64,000 nucleotides of DNA, from the NCBI GenBank assembly GCA_049603835.1, contig JBMYSZ010000015.1, positions 19,576 to 83,575 of the forward strand, in the 5' to 3' direction. The notes beneath the pieces were generated by a model. That model ran no database searches, had not been told where the DNA came from, and worked only from the letters and a program-made list of their open reading frames with translations. Numbering within the stretch: the stretch's first letter is position 1; every line of letters begins with the position of its first letter. Of the stretch, positions 46,322 to 56,058 are shown piece after piece. Made by a program: the position numbers and the translations under genes. The DNA is from Mangrovicoccus sp. (GTDB lineage Bacteria > Pseudomonadota > Alphaproteobacteria > Rhodobacterales > Rhodobacteraceae).

Positions 46322-46500
46322 CGCCTGTTGCGCGAAGCGAAGGGCGGGGCCTATATGGGGCAGAGGTCCTAGAAAGGGCAGAGCAGGAGCCACCGGGTCG
46401 GGGCCCGGTGGAGCAAGCACATAAATTCACCCAATGCCGCTTTGCGTATATGTCAGAAATCTATGCCGAGGCTAAGGCAAGCGAAATGAGCCAGCCTTAG

Positions 46501-47940
46501 GAGACTGTCCAGAATTCTGTGCCCTGGCGCTTTGATTACGCCATTGGGAAGCGGTCTTCGAACATGATTGCGAACTGGCTTTTAACGGCGTGCCATTCAC
46601 GCACTGAACGCTTCCACTCCTGAGAGGTAGCATTCAGCGCGAGATAGATCAATTTCGCTGCTGCCTCGTCGCTTGGGAGTGAGGAGGAACGGAAAACAAC
46701 GTGGGGTGTTGTTTTCCCGACGAACCCGCGCGTTCGGACAGCGCGGCGGATCTTTGAGTTCAGCGCTTCTATGGCATTCGTGGTGTAGATCAGCCTGTGG
46801 ACCTCGGGCGGATAGTCGAGGAACGGAACTACTTCGTTTCAGGCCCGCCGCCAGCTCGGCGCGATGGCCGGATATTTGGCGGCGAGGTCGCTATCTTCGA
46901 AATCGGCCAGCGCGGCCTCTGCGGCTTCGGCGTCCACGGCGGTATAGACGGCCTTCAGAGCCACAGCGACGGCCTTGCGATCCTTGTAGCTGGCGAAGCT
47001 CATTGAATGGCGCAGAAGATGGAGTAAGGCATTGGTCGCCATCGGTTCGAGACCGATGCCGAACGCAGGTTTGGACCTGGGTCTGGGGAAAGGCCGCCTC
47101 GATGGCCTGCGGGAAGCCCTTGAGGCCATCCACGACCGCGATGAGGATGTCCTGAGCACCCCGATTGCGCAGATCGTTCAGGACCTCTGCCCAGAACTTG
47201 GCCCCCTCATTGGCCTGGAACCACAGGCCCAGAACGTCCCGTGTGCCATCAGGCAGAATTGCCAGCGCCACGAAGACCGCTTTGTTCGAGACCGCGCCGT
47301 CGCTGCGAATGTTGACCCGGATCGCGTCCATGAATGAGGCGGACAAGACATCGTGGATGGCCCCGCGATGTCCCGCCGAATGACCGGATAGCACGGCTCC
47401 AAGGGTCGATTTTGCCACGCCGTTACCTCATCCATGACGGCGTCGGTGATTGCAGAAATCAGGCTCGGAGACGCCTCTATGCCGTAGATTTCTTCGATAT
47501 GGCCCTGGATCTCGCGGGTCGTCATGCCCCGCGCGTACATGCTGATGATCTTGGTGTCGAACTCGGGGAACCGGCGCTGATACTTGGCGATCAGCACCGG
47601 ATCGAAGCTGCCGTTGCGGTCGCGGGGAATGTCCAGAACCACCTTGCCATTGTCCGTTGTTACCGTCTTTGGGCTGGTCCCATTACGCCGGTTGGGCGGC
47701 TTGTTATGCCCCTCCGGCGGCGGATCGGCGCGTTCCTCAGTGAGATGTTGCTCCAGTTCAGTGCTCAAAGCGCGCTCTGCCAGCGCTTTGGTCAATTCCT
47801 GCAGAATCCCGTCTTTGCCGAACAGGTCACCGGGTGAGCGACCTGCCATCAGCTGGTCCAAAAGGTCTTTGTCGATGCTCATACGTGGGTCTCCTCATCT
47901 AAGAGCTACCACGCCAGGGCACAGAATTCCGGACAGTCTC
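46501..47940 (-). mobile_element. IS256-family insertion sequence (1440 bp) with 29-bp imperfect terminal inverted repeats and an 8-bp target-site duplication AGCCTTAG
   Basis: Left end GAGACTGTCCAGAATTCTGTGCCCTGGCG (46501-46529). The right end (47912-47940) is its reverse complement with one mismatch. AGCCTTAG sits directly outside both ends (46493-46500 and 47941-47948). Confidence 0.8.
46839..47882 (-). pseudogene. IS256-family (Mutator-like) transposase, disrupted by at least two frameshifts and C-terminally truncated
   Basis: Homologous segments lie in three different frames: 47178-47882 (MSIDKDLLDQLMAG...ARGMTTREIQGHIEEIYG...), 46891-47418 (...GAVSNKAVFVALAILPDGTRDVLGLWFQANEGAKFW...DGLKGFPQAIEAAFPQTQVQTC) and 46839-47159 (...SYKDRKAVAVALKAVYTA...). 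The last ~100 codons are missing. Confidence 0.7.
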
Positions 47941-48052
47941 AGCCTTAGCGCTGCTTCCCATATCCCCGAGCGCGGCAGGCAGGGCAGGCCCCACCGGGCC
48001 CCGACCCGGTGGCTCTTTTGGTTTGGCGGGGCGATCCCCCAGCTTCCGCCGC

Positions 48053-49459
48053 TTAGCCCTGCAGTCCCGCCAGAATGCGCGCCCAGCTGCGGGTGCCTTT
48101 GTGGAAGCTCTCCAGATCATATTTCTCATTGGGCGAATGGATCTGGTCGTCATCGCGGCCAAAGCCCACCAGCATCGCATCCATGCCGAGATAGGTCTTG
48201 AAATAGCCGGCAATCGGGATCGAGCCGCCGCAGCCCACAAAAGCCGCCGGTTGCTGCCATTCCGCCGTCAAAGCCTCGCGTGCGATCTCGAATGCCGGAT
48301 GCTCCGTGCTCATCTGACCCGCAGGGGAGGCGCCATGATCGGCAAAGCTCACCTGGCAATCGCCTGGCACCATATCCCGCACCATAGCTCGGAAATTCTC
48401 GCGGATCGCATGCGGGTCTTGCTGGCCCACAAGGCGGAAGCTGATCTTGGCCGAGGCTTTAGAGGGCAGCACGGTCTTAAAGCCTTCGCCCGTATAGCCC
48501 GAGCTCATGCCATTGACCTCGCAAGTGGGCTCAGACCAGACCATTTCCAGCGGCAGCTTGCCTTGTTCGCCTGCGGGGTCTTTCAGCCCGACCTCGCCCA
48601 GGAAGCCGCCCGCGTCAAAACCCAGCCCCTCCCATTGGGCGCGCAGATCCCCGGGCAGGGGGGGCACGCCGTCATAAAAGCCCGGCACCGTCACCCGGCC
48701 CGTATCATCATGCAAGCTGGCGATAATCCGCGACAGCACCCGCGCCGGGTTCATCGCCAAACCGCCGAACATGCCCGAATGCAGATCTTTACTCGGCCCG
48801 GTAATGGTGACTTCCTCGCCCAAAAGCCCGCGCAGCTGAGTGACAATCGCCGGCACCGTATCGCGGAACAGACCCGTATCGCAGATCAACGCCACATCGG
48901 CTTTCAGCTCGTCGGCATTTTCCTTCATGAAAGGGATCAGCGAGGGCGAACCGCTTTCCTCTTCGCCTTCAAAGAAAATCGTGATCTTGCCGGGCAGATT
49001 GCCATGGACCGCTTTCCAGGCGCGGCAAGCTTCGACAAAGGTCATCAGCTGGCCCTTATCATCGGAACTGCCCCGACCACGCAAAACCCGGCCCTTGGGG
49101 GTTTCCTCGATCGCTGGATCAAACGGGTCGCGATCCCACAGCTCTAGCGGATCCACCGGCTGCACATCGTAATGGCCATAAAAGAGCAGATGCGGCCCGT
49201 CTCCTTCGCAATGGGCAACCACCATGGGATGGCCGGGCGTCGTGCGCTTGCTTGCCTCAAAGCCCAGTACTTGCAAATCCGCCACCAACCAATCGGCGGC
49301 CGTATCGCAATCGGCCTTATGCGCCGGGTCGGTGGAGATCGATGGGATTCGCAAAAGTGCCATCAATCTTTCCAGTGCGGCATCAAGATCGCTATCGATC
49401 TGGTCTAAAACACTGGCCAATTCAGAGGAGACTGCCATGGAGGGTTCCTTTTTCGTCAC
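48053..49459 (-). CDS. M20-family metallopeptidase/deacylase (ArgE/DapE/CPG2-like)
   Basis: 468 aa with the N-terminal metal-binding region (LLFYGHYDVQP...) and the M20 dimerisation/catalytic architecture. Confidence 0.75.
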   Translation of the reverse strand: MTKKEPSMAVSSELASVLDQIDSDLDAALERLMALLRIPSISTDPAHKADCDTAADWLVADLQVLGFEASKRTTPGHPMVVAHCEGDGPHLLFYGHYDVQPVDPLELWDRDPFDPAIEETPKGRVLRGRGSSDDKGQLMTFVEACRAWKAVHGNLPGKITIFFEGEEESGSPSLIPFMKENADELKADVALICDTGLFRDTVPAIVTQLRGLLGEEVTITGPSKDLHSGMFGGLAMNPARVLSRIIASLHDDTGRVTVPGFYDGVPPLPGDLRAQWEGLGFDAGGFLGEVGLKDPAGEQGKLPLEMVWSEPTCEVNGMSSGYTGEGFKTVLPSKASAKISFRLVGQQDPHAIRENFRAMVRDMVPGDCQVSFADHGASPAGQMSTEHPAFEIAREALTAEWQQPAAFVGCGGSIPIAGYFKTYLGMDAMLVGFGRDDDQIHSPNEKYDLESFHKGTRSWARILAGLQG

Positions 49460-49549
49460 AATTACACCAAAGTCTAGGCAGTCAGAGACGAAGGTCTAGG
49501 GGCAAACTTGCATCTGCAAAATGCTAAAGATTTCATCAGGAAAGCCGAA

Positions 49550-49563
49550 TTGATCCGGCTCAA
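49550..49563 (+). promoter_or_regulatory. Candidate FNR/FnrL-type box (TTGAT-CCGG-CTCAA) upstream of hemA
   Basis: 9/10 match to TTGAT-N4-ATCAA, about 150 nt upstream of the hemA start. Confidence 0.25.
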
Positions 49564-49705
49564 AGAGAAACTTTGACGAATATGCTTGCATTTTTGCGGC
49601 AAAATGCGTGCTGGTGCGTTCAGGGTTGGCGCCTAGCATATGTGACTTGAACTTCCTTCTCCGATTGTGTTTCGGTGGAGGCCCTTAAGCTATAGGTGAC
49701 GCCCC

Positions 49706-50929
49706 GTGGACTACACAGCTAAGCTCGAACTAGCCCTGGACCGCTTGCATCAAGAAGGTCGCTATCGGACTTTCATTGATATTGAACGCAAGCGTGGGCA
49801 GTTCCCCCATGCAACTTGGACCAAGCCCGATGGGTCCGAAAAGCCGGTGACCGTATGGTGTGGCAATGACTATCTGGGCATGGGGCAGCACCCTGTTGTG
49901 CTGGCGGCAATGCATGAGGCGATCGATGCCACTGGCGCAGGATCGGGCGGCACGCGCAATATTTCCGGCACCACAGTCTATCACAAGGCGCTGGAAGACG
50001 AGCTATCCGATCTGCATGGCACCGAAGCGGCGCTGCTGTTCACCTCGGCCTATATCGCCAATGACGCAACGCTTTCGACGCTGCCAAAGCTGTTTCCTGG
50101 GCTGATCATCATTTCGGATGAACTGAACCATGCCTCGATGATCGAAGGCATTCGCCATGGTCTGTGCGAAAAACATATCTTCCGCCATAATGACCTAGAC
50201 CATCTGCGCGAAATTCTGAGCCGCCTGGATCCCAAGGCCCCCAAGGTCATCGCCTTTGAATCGGTCTATTCCATGGATGGCGATTTCGGCCCGATCGAGG
50301 CGATCTGCGATCTGGCGGATGAATTCGGGGCGCTGACTTATATCGACGAAGTCCATGCGGTTGGCATGTATGGCGCCCGCGGTGGCGGCGTGACCGAGCA
50401 GCTGGGCCTGGCCCATCGCATCGACATCATCAATGGCACTTTGGGCAAAGCTTTCGGCGTGCATGGCGGCTATATCGCGGCTTCGGCCAAAATGTGCGAT
50501 GCGATCCGCTCTTATGCGCCGGGCTTCATCTTCACCACCTCGCTGCCGCCCAGTGTAGCAGCAGGGGCGGCGGCCTCGATCCGGCATCTGAAATCCGATC
50601 AGTCCTTGCGGGATCAACACCAAACCCAAGCGCGCATCTTGAAAACCCGCCTCAAGGGCATGGGTCTGCCGCTGATCGATCATGGCAGCCATATTGTGCC
50701 GGTGATCGTCGGGGATCCGGTGAAATGCAAAATGATCTCTGATCGTCTGCTGGACGAACATGGGATCTATGTGCAGCCGATCAACTTCCCCACGGTTCCG
50801 CGCGGCACAGAGCGTCTGCGTTTCACCCCATCGCCGGTGCATGGACCGAAGGAAATGGATGCTTTGGTGCAAGCGCTTGATTCGCTTTGGGCCCAATGCG
50901 CCCTGAACCGCCAGGCTCTTTCTGCCTAA
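49706..50929 (+). CDS. hemA: 5-aminolevulinate synthase
   Basis: 407 aa, closely similar to Rhodobacter HemA (MDY...[15 protein letters not shown]..., [16 protein letters not shown]..., and the PLP-lysine region SLGKAFG). Confidence 0.93.
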   Translation: MDYTAKLELALDRLHQEGRYRTFIDIERKRGQFPHATWTKPDGSEKPVTVWCGNDYLGMGQHPVVLAAMHEAIDATGAGSGGTRNISGTTVYHKALEDELSDLHGTEAALLFTSAYIANDATLSTLPKLFPGLIIISDELNHASMIEGIRHGLCEKHIFRHNDLDHLREILSRLDPKAPKVIAFESVYSMDGDFGPIEAICDLADEFGALTYIDEVHAVGMYGARGGGVTEQLGLAHRIDIINGTLGKAFGVHGGYIAASAKMCDAIRSYAPGFIFTTSLPPSVAAGAAASIRHLKSDQSLRDQHQTQARILKTRLKGMGLPLIDHGSHIVPVIVGDPVKCKMISDRLLDEHGIYVQPINFPTVPRGTERLRFTPSPVHGPKEMDALVQALDSLWAQCALNRQALSA

Positions 50930-50962
50930 GCGCTGCATATTTAGTCAAATTGCGTGAATTAA

Positions 50963-50990
50963 GCGGATCCAAGCGGGTCCGCTTTTTCCT
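50963..50990 (+). terminator. Rho-independent terminator after hemA
   Basis: GCGGATCC-aagc-GGGTCCGC followed by TTTTTCC. Confidence 0.55.
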
Positions 50991-51130
50991 TTTATATCCA
51001 TATATCTAAGCCAGAACGGCTATGGGCGTGACTTTTGCTGCACGCTTTTGGGGAATTGTGGTAACGGTTCATTATATAAGCCGCGCTAGTCGAATCGCGG
51101 GGCACATGGGGAAACGGGCGGTTACATGGG

Positions 51131-52417
51131 ATGGATCCTATGACCGGGCGCAACCAAGCGCCCGAACACAGTTTAGACACTCAACCAAAGGGCTTTGACG
51201 AATACGAACTAGTCCTTGGTGATATTTTGCGCGGCGAACGGGCCACATTGGGCAAGTCCCTGTTGGATGTTCAGCGCGATATCAAAATCAAAGCCAGCTA
51301 TGTGGCGGCCATCGAGAATTGTGATCTCAGCGCTTTTGAAACGCCGGGATTCATCGCGGGCTATGTGCGGTCTTATGGGCGCTATCTGGGGCTCGAACCG
51401 GATCTGGTCTATCAGGCCTTCTGCGAAGAAAGCGGCTTTTCCCATGTGGAAGGGCTTGATGCGCAAGTCTATGCCAAACGCCCGTCGCAGCGCCGCCCCT
51501 CGCCAGCGGCGCGCCGGGCCGCGGCCAATAGCGATGCGGTTTTGGCGCGTAATCCGATCTATGCGGCGCCGCGCCAGAATGTCATGGCCGAAATTAAGCC
51601 CGGCGCAGTGACGTCTATCCTGACCCTTGGGCTGCTGCTGATTGGCTTGGGCTATGGCGGTTGGTCGGTTTTGCAAGAAATCCAGCGGGTCACTGTCGCG
51701 CCGCTTGATGGCCCGACGCAGGTCTTGGATGACGGTCCTGAAATTGCCGGTGTCGTGGATGTGGCGCCCAGCTCGGAACAGGCGGAGTTGCCCACTGCGC
51801 CAAGCGCGGAGGCTCTGGACCGGCTTTACCGTCCCAAAGCATTGGATGCGCCGGTTTTGGTGGCGCGGGATGGTCCGATTGCGAATATCGATCCGGCAAG
51901 CCAAGGGGTCTATGCGGCTCTGGCTCTGCCTCAAGCGGCCAGTGCTGCGGCGCAATATTCTTCACCCGCCGCGCCGCTCTCGGTGCTTGCGACAGCTGGC
52001 TTGCCCTTGCCCCCGGCGGAGCCGTTGCCAAATGGCCAAGTGCCAGAGGTGCAGGTTGTGGCCGAGGCCCCGCCCGAAGTGGTCATGTTCGCCCGCCGCC
52101 CGGTTTGGGTCCGCGTGCGCTCGGCGGATGGCACGGTTCTGCTAGAGAAAATCCTAGAAGAAGGGGAGCGTTACGTGCTGCCCCAAACGGAGCGCGCCCC
52201 AGTTTTGCGGGCTGGCAATTCCGGCTCGCTGTTCTTCGCGGTCAATGGCGAAACCATCGGGCCAGCAGGGCCAGGCGCCTCTGTGGCAAAGAATGTGTCC
52301 CTCGCCGCGGCGGATCTGACCGAGAAATATGGCCCGGCGAATTTAGACGCGGATCCCGAGCTGAAACGCTTGGCCGCCTTGGTCATTGCACCCGTAGAGC
52401 AGCAGAGCGGCGAATAA
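51131..52417 (+). CDS. rodZ: RodZ-like cytoskeleton protein (N-terminal HTH plus DUF4115-type C-terminus)
   Basis: The N-terminal HTH_XRE-like segment (LGDILRGERATLGKSLLDVQRDIKIKASYVAAIE) is followed by a TM segment, a Pro/Ala-rich linker and a C-terminal domain. Confidence 0.6.
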   Translation: MDPMTGRNQAPEHSLDTQPKGFDEYELVLGDILRGERATLGKSLLDVQRDIKIKASYVAAIENCDLSAFETPGFIAGYVRSYGRYLGLEPDLVYQAFCEESGFSHVEGLDAQVYAKRPSQRRPSPAARRAAANSDAVLARNPIYAAPRQNVMAEIKPGAVTSILTLGLLLIGLGYGGWSVLQEIQRVTVAPLDGPTQVLDDGPEIAGVVDVAPSSEQAELPTAPSAEALDRLYRPKALDAPVLVARDGPIANIDPASQGVYAALALPQAASAAAQYSSPAAPLSVLATAGLPLPPAEPLPNGQVPEVQVVAEAPPEVVMFARRPVWVRVRSADGTVLLEKILEEGERYVLPQTERAPVLRAGNSGSLFFAVNGETIGPAGPGASVAKNVSLAAADLTEKYGPANLDADPELKRLAALVIAPVEQQSGE

Positions 52418-52529
52418 GCCCAGCTGAAAACTTTGGGGGCGCGTTGCGATACGCCCCTAATCGGCCTATCTAGACGATAACTCACCGCAGCGCCTAACGC
52501 CAAAGCGCGCTGCCTGAATTCGCGGAACT

Positions 52530-53681
52530 ATGCCGACCATGAGCCTCAATCATATTCGCCCCTGGAAAAACATCTATCGCCGGGAAAGCCGTCAAATCCA
52601 TGTGGGCAATGTGCCTGTGGGGGGCGGTGCGCCGATTGCGGTGCAGACCATGACCAATACCGATAGCAGCGATGTGAAGGCGACTTTGGGCCAGGTGCTT
52701 GCTGCCGCTGAGGCTGGGGCGGATATTGTGCGGATCTCTACCCCCGATGAGGCGGCGACCAAGGCCCTGCATGAAATCACCCGCGAAAGCCCGGTGCCCA
52801 TCGTGGCCGATATCCATTTCCATTACCGCCGCGCCATTGAAGCGGCCGAGGCGGGGGCGGCTTGCCTGCGGATCAATCCCGGCAATATCGGCGATGAAAA
52901 GCGGGTCAAAGAGGTGATCCAAGCCGCCAAAGACCATGGCTGCTCGATCCGCATTGGCGTGAATGCCGGCAGCTTGGAAAAGCATCTGCTGGAAAAATAT
53001 GGCGAACCATGCCCCGATGCGATGGTTGAATCGGCGCTAGAGCATATCCGCATCCTCGAAGATAACGATTTCCGCGAATATAAGGTCAGTGTGAAGGCCT
53101 CGGATGTTTTCCTTACCGCCGCCGCCTATCAGGCTCTGGCCGAGGCCACAGATTGCCCGCTGCATCTGGGCGTGACCGAGGCGGGCGGCTTTGTGGCCGG
53201 CACGATCAAATCGGCGATTGGCCTGGGCAATCTGCTTTGGATGGGCATTGGCGATACGCTGCGGGTCTCGCTCTCTGCTGATCCGGTGGAGGAGGTGAAA
53301 GTCGGCTATGAGATTCTCAAATCCCTGGGCCTGCGCCATCGCGGGGTGAATATCATCTCTTGCCCTTCCTGCGCGCGGCAAGGTTTTGACGTGATTAAAA
53401 CCGTTGAGATCCTGGAAAAGCGGCTGGAGCATATCAAAACCCCCATGAGCCTTTCTATCATCGGCTGTGTGGTCAATGGGCCGGGCGAGGCGCTGATGAC
53501 CGATGTGGGCTTTACCGGCGGCGGGGCCGGGGCGGGCATGGTCTATCTGGCGGGCAAGCAAAGCCATAAGCTGAGCAATGACCAAATGGTCGATCATATC
53601 GTCGAGCAGGTCGAAGCCAAAGCCGCTGAAATCGAAGCCGCCACTGCCGCTGACGAAGAAACCGTAAACGCGGCCGAATAG
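52530..53681 (+). CDS. ispG: 4-hydroxy-3-methylbut-2-en-1-yl diphosphate synthase (flavodoxin)
   Basis: 383 aa. [24 protein letters not shown]... with conserved Cys ligands near the C-terminus. Confidence 0.93.
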   Translation: MPTMSLNHIRPWKNIYRRESRQIHVGNVPVGGGAPIAVQTMTNTDSSDVKATLGQVLAAAEAGADIVRISTPDEAATKALHEITRESPVPIVADIHFHYRRAIEAAEAGAACLRINPGNIGDEKRVKEVIQAAKDHGCSIRIGVNAGSLEKHLLEKYGEPCPDAMVESALEHIRILEDNDFREYKVSVKASDVFLTAAAYQALAEATDCPLHLGVTEAGGFVAGTIKSAIGLGNLLWMGIGDTLRVSLSADPVEEVKVGYEILKSLGLRHRGVNIISCPSCARQGFDVIKTVEILEKRLEHIKTPMSLSIIGCVVNGPGEALMTDVGFTGGGAGAGMVYLAGKQSHKLSNDQMVDHIVEQVEAKAAEIEAATAADEETVNAAE

Positions 53682-53784
53682 CCTGTTTCTTGGCGTGGTG
53701 TGACGGGGCGTGACGTGACGGGGCCAGAAACGAAAAAGCGCGCCGCAATGGGCGCGCTTTGCAAAATTGCCGAAAGGCTCGGGC

Positions 53785-54567
53785 TCACTCGGCCCGGATC
53801 TGCTCCACCATGGCGAGCATCCCGTCAAAGGGCACATAGCCACGCAGCAATTCGTCTTCGAGAACAAAGGTCGGCGTGCCGCGGATTTGCAGCGTTTCGG
53901 CCAAAGCGCGAGTGGCGCGGATTTCGGCCAGAACCTCTTCGCTTTCCATTTTCGCCAGGATTTCCTTGTGATCAAGCCCGGCATTTTTCGCCACTTTCGC
54001 AAGCGCCGGTTCATTGGCCGAGCCGCGCATTGTGATCAGCTCTTCATGCACAGCGCCATAAGCCTCATCCCCATGCAGCTGCTTGATGGCGATGGCAAAT
54101 TTCGACGAGGCCAGGGAATCTTCGCCCAAGATTGGGAATTCTTTGACGATCAGACGAATATTGCCGTCAAAATCCAATAGCTTGGCCACATCCGCATGGG
54201 CTTTGCGGCAATAGCCACAGCGGTAATCCATGAACTCGACGATCGTGATATCCCCATCGGGATTGCCGCCAATCCAGGAAAACCCGTCATTGAAAATTGC
54301 CTCTGCATTATCGGCGATCAGATTGACTTCGGCGGCGGCTTGTTCGGCGGCTTGGCGCTCTTCCAGGGATTGGACGGCCTCTAGGATGACCTGTGGGTTA
54401 TCCATCAGATAGGCGCGGATTTCAGCGCGGAAAGCACTGCGCTCCGCATCGGACATATTGGACAGGTCAAAGCCAAGCGCCGGAGCGGCGCATAAAGCGG
54501 CCAGGCTGGTGGACAGGGCAAGAGCGCGGGCGGTGGTGAACATGGGGTAAGTCTCCTGGGTCATCAT
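53785..54567 (-). CDS. DsbA-family thiol:disulfide oxidoreductase
   Basis: Signal peptide and the thioredoxin-fold active site YRCGYC (ITIVEFMDYRCGYCRKAH). Confidence 0.7.
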   Translation of the reverse strand: MMTQETYPMFTTARALALSTSLAALCAAPALGFDLSNMSDAERSAFRAEIRAYLMDNPQVILEAVQSLEERQAAEQAAAEVNLIADNAEAIFNDGFSWIGGNPDGDITIVEFMDYRCGYCRKAHADVAKLLDFDGNIRLIVKEFPILGEDSLASSKFAIAIKQLHGDEAYGAVHEELITMRGSANEPALAKVAKNAGLDHKEILAKMESEEVLAEIRATRALAETLQIRGTPTFVLEDELLRGYVPFDGMLAMVEQIRAE

Positions 54568-55895
54568 TTCTTCGCTGCTTGTTCAGCGCTGCGTAGGATA
54601 TCTTGTGCCTTGGCCCAGCCGGGCGAGCCGGTGGGCAATTGTCCTTCGGCGCGACGGGCATGCAAGGCGGCGTCTTTGGGTTTGCCGGTCAGGGCATAGC
54701 GTTCTGCGGTGGTCAATGCTGCCATACCGGGTTGCTTGGCCTTTGCATAAGCCAGAGATAAGTCCCGCAACATCCGCGGGTTATAAGGATCGCGGGCGCG
54801 GGATTTTGCCAGAACCTCTAGCGCCAAGGCGTCATTCTGAGCCCCCCCAACAGCCATCAAGGCGCGACCATATCCGGCCAGGATCTGCGGCTCTTTCGGG
54901 GCCAGTTGCGCGGCGGCTTTATATGCGGGCAGGGCGGCGCGGGCTTGGCCTGCTTCTAGCAGTACCCATCCGCGCAATTCCTGGGCGAAAGGATCCTCGG
55001 GGCGGGCGGCGATCAACGCGTCGATTTCCGCCAGAGCCTTGTCAGTCGCGCCCTGATGATAATGCGCCAAAGCGCGCTCGATCCGGGCCGTGTCAGAGCT
55101 ATCGCCGGGCTTAACCCGCTGGAATGTATAGCCGGGGCTGCGGAGATAGGCGCTTAGCTTGCCCTGGGCGCGCTCGAACCAATATTGCGCATCCTCGGCG
55201 CTGGTGCCTTGCGGCGAGATGACTTCGCCATAGGCTTCGATGGCGCGGACCCGTTCGCGCGACAAGGGGTGACTGCGCAGATAGGGAATGCTGCCGCTGA
55301 TGGCCATGGCTTCTTGGCCTTCCAAAATCCGCATCACCCGCGCCATGGCCAGGGGATCGATCCCCGCCAGGGCCAAAAATCGCATGCCTGATCGGTCGGC
55401 GGCGGATTCTTCTTCGCGGCTATGGCTGGCCAGCACGCCTTGGGCGCTATAGCGGCTGCCCAAAGCCAGCCCTGCTCCTAGCCCGGCTTCTCCACTCGCG
55501 GCGCCTGCTGCCAAAGCCAGCGCCAAGGCGATGCCAGAGCCAAGCTTTGCCGTTTGGGCATTTTGCCCGCGTCGGGTGAGATGGCCATTGGTGATATGCG
55601 CCGCTTCATGGGCGATCACCGCTTGCAGCTCTTCGACCGTGGACACGCGCAGGATCATGCCCGCATTCAGCGCGATAATGCGGTTATTGGCGGCGTAAGC
55701 ATTCAGCCTAAGATCGTTGATCACATAGATCTTTGTGCGATAGGGCGACAGACCCGCTGCAGCGAGGATCGGTTGCGAAATGATCCGCAGCGCATGTTCC
55801 AGACCCGCATCGCGCAGCAAGCCCGCCGCTTGTGCCGGGGTAAGCGGCCAGGCGAGCATGGCCAAAACGGGTAGGATGCGACGAAGAAATTGCAT
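54564..55895 (-). CDS. M48-family Zn metallopeptidase with C-terminal TPR repeats (BepA-like)
   Basis: About 444 aa from MQFLRRILPVLAMLAWPLTPAQA (signal peptide), with the HEAAHITNGH HEXXH motif and a C-terminal TPR-like region. The ORF-track N-extension is unsupported. The gene overlaps the dsbA-like start by 4 nt. Confidence 0.7.
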   Translation of the reverse strand: MQFLRRILPVLAMLAWPLTPAQAAGLLRDAGLEHALRIISQPILAAAGLSPYRTKIYVINDLRLNAYAANNRIIALNAGMILRVSTVEELQAVIAHEAAHITNGHLTRRGQNAQTAKLGSGIALALALAAGAASGEAGLGAGLALGSRYSAQGVLASHSREEESAADRSGMRFLALAGIDPLAMARVMRILEGQEAMAISGSIPYLRSHPLSRERVRAIEAYGEVISPQGTSAEDAQYWFERAQGKLSAYLRSPGYTFQRVKPGDSSDTARIERALAHYHQGATDKALAEIDALIAARPEDPFAQELRGWVLLEAGQARAALPAYKAAAQLAPKEPQILAGYGRALMAVGGAQNDALALEVLAKSRARDPYNPRMLRDLSLAYAKAKQPGMAALTTAERYALTGKPKDAALHARRAEGQLPTGSPGWAKAQDILRSAEQAAKK

Positions 55896-56058
55896 TCGGG
55901 CTATCTGGGATCTCGATGGTTTTCTTGTGCATAGCGGGGCTCGGGGATTGGCCGCAAGCATTAGGGGGCGCTGATAGCCGTAACGTGATGCGCGGCAGCG
56001 CGCCGGTGCCTGCGTCGGGGCTGGGCGGCGCCGGGTTTTTAGGCTAAACTCCTGGAAA

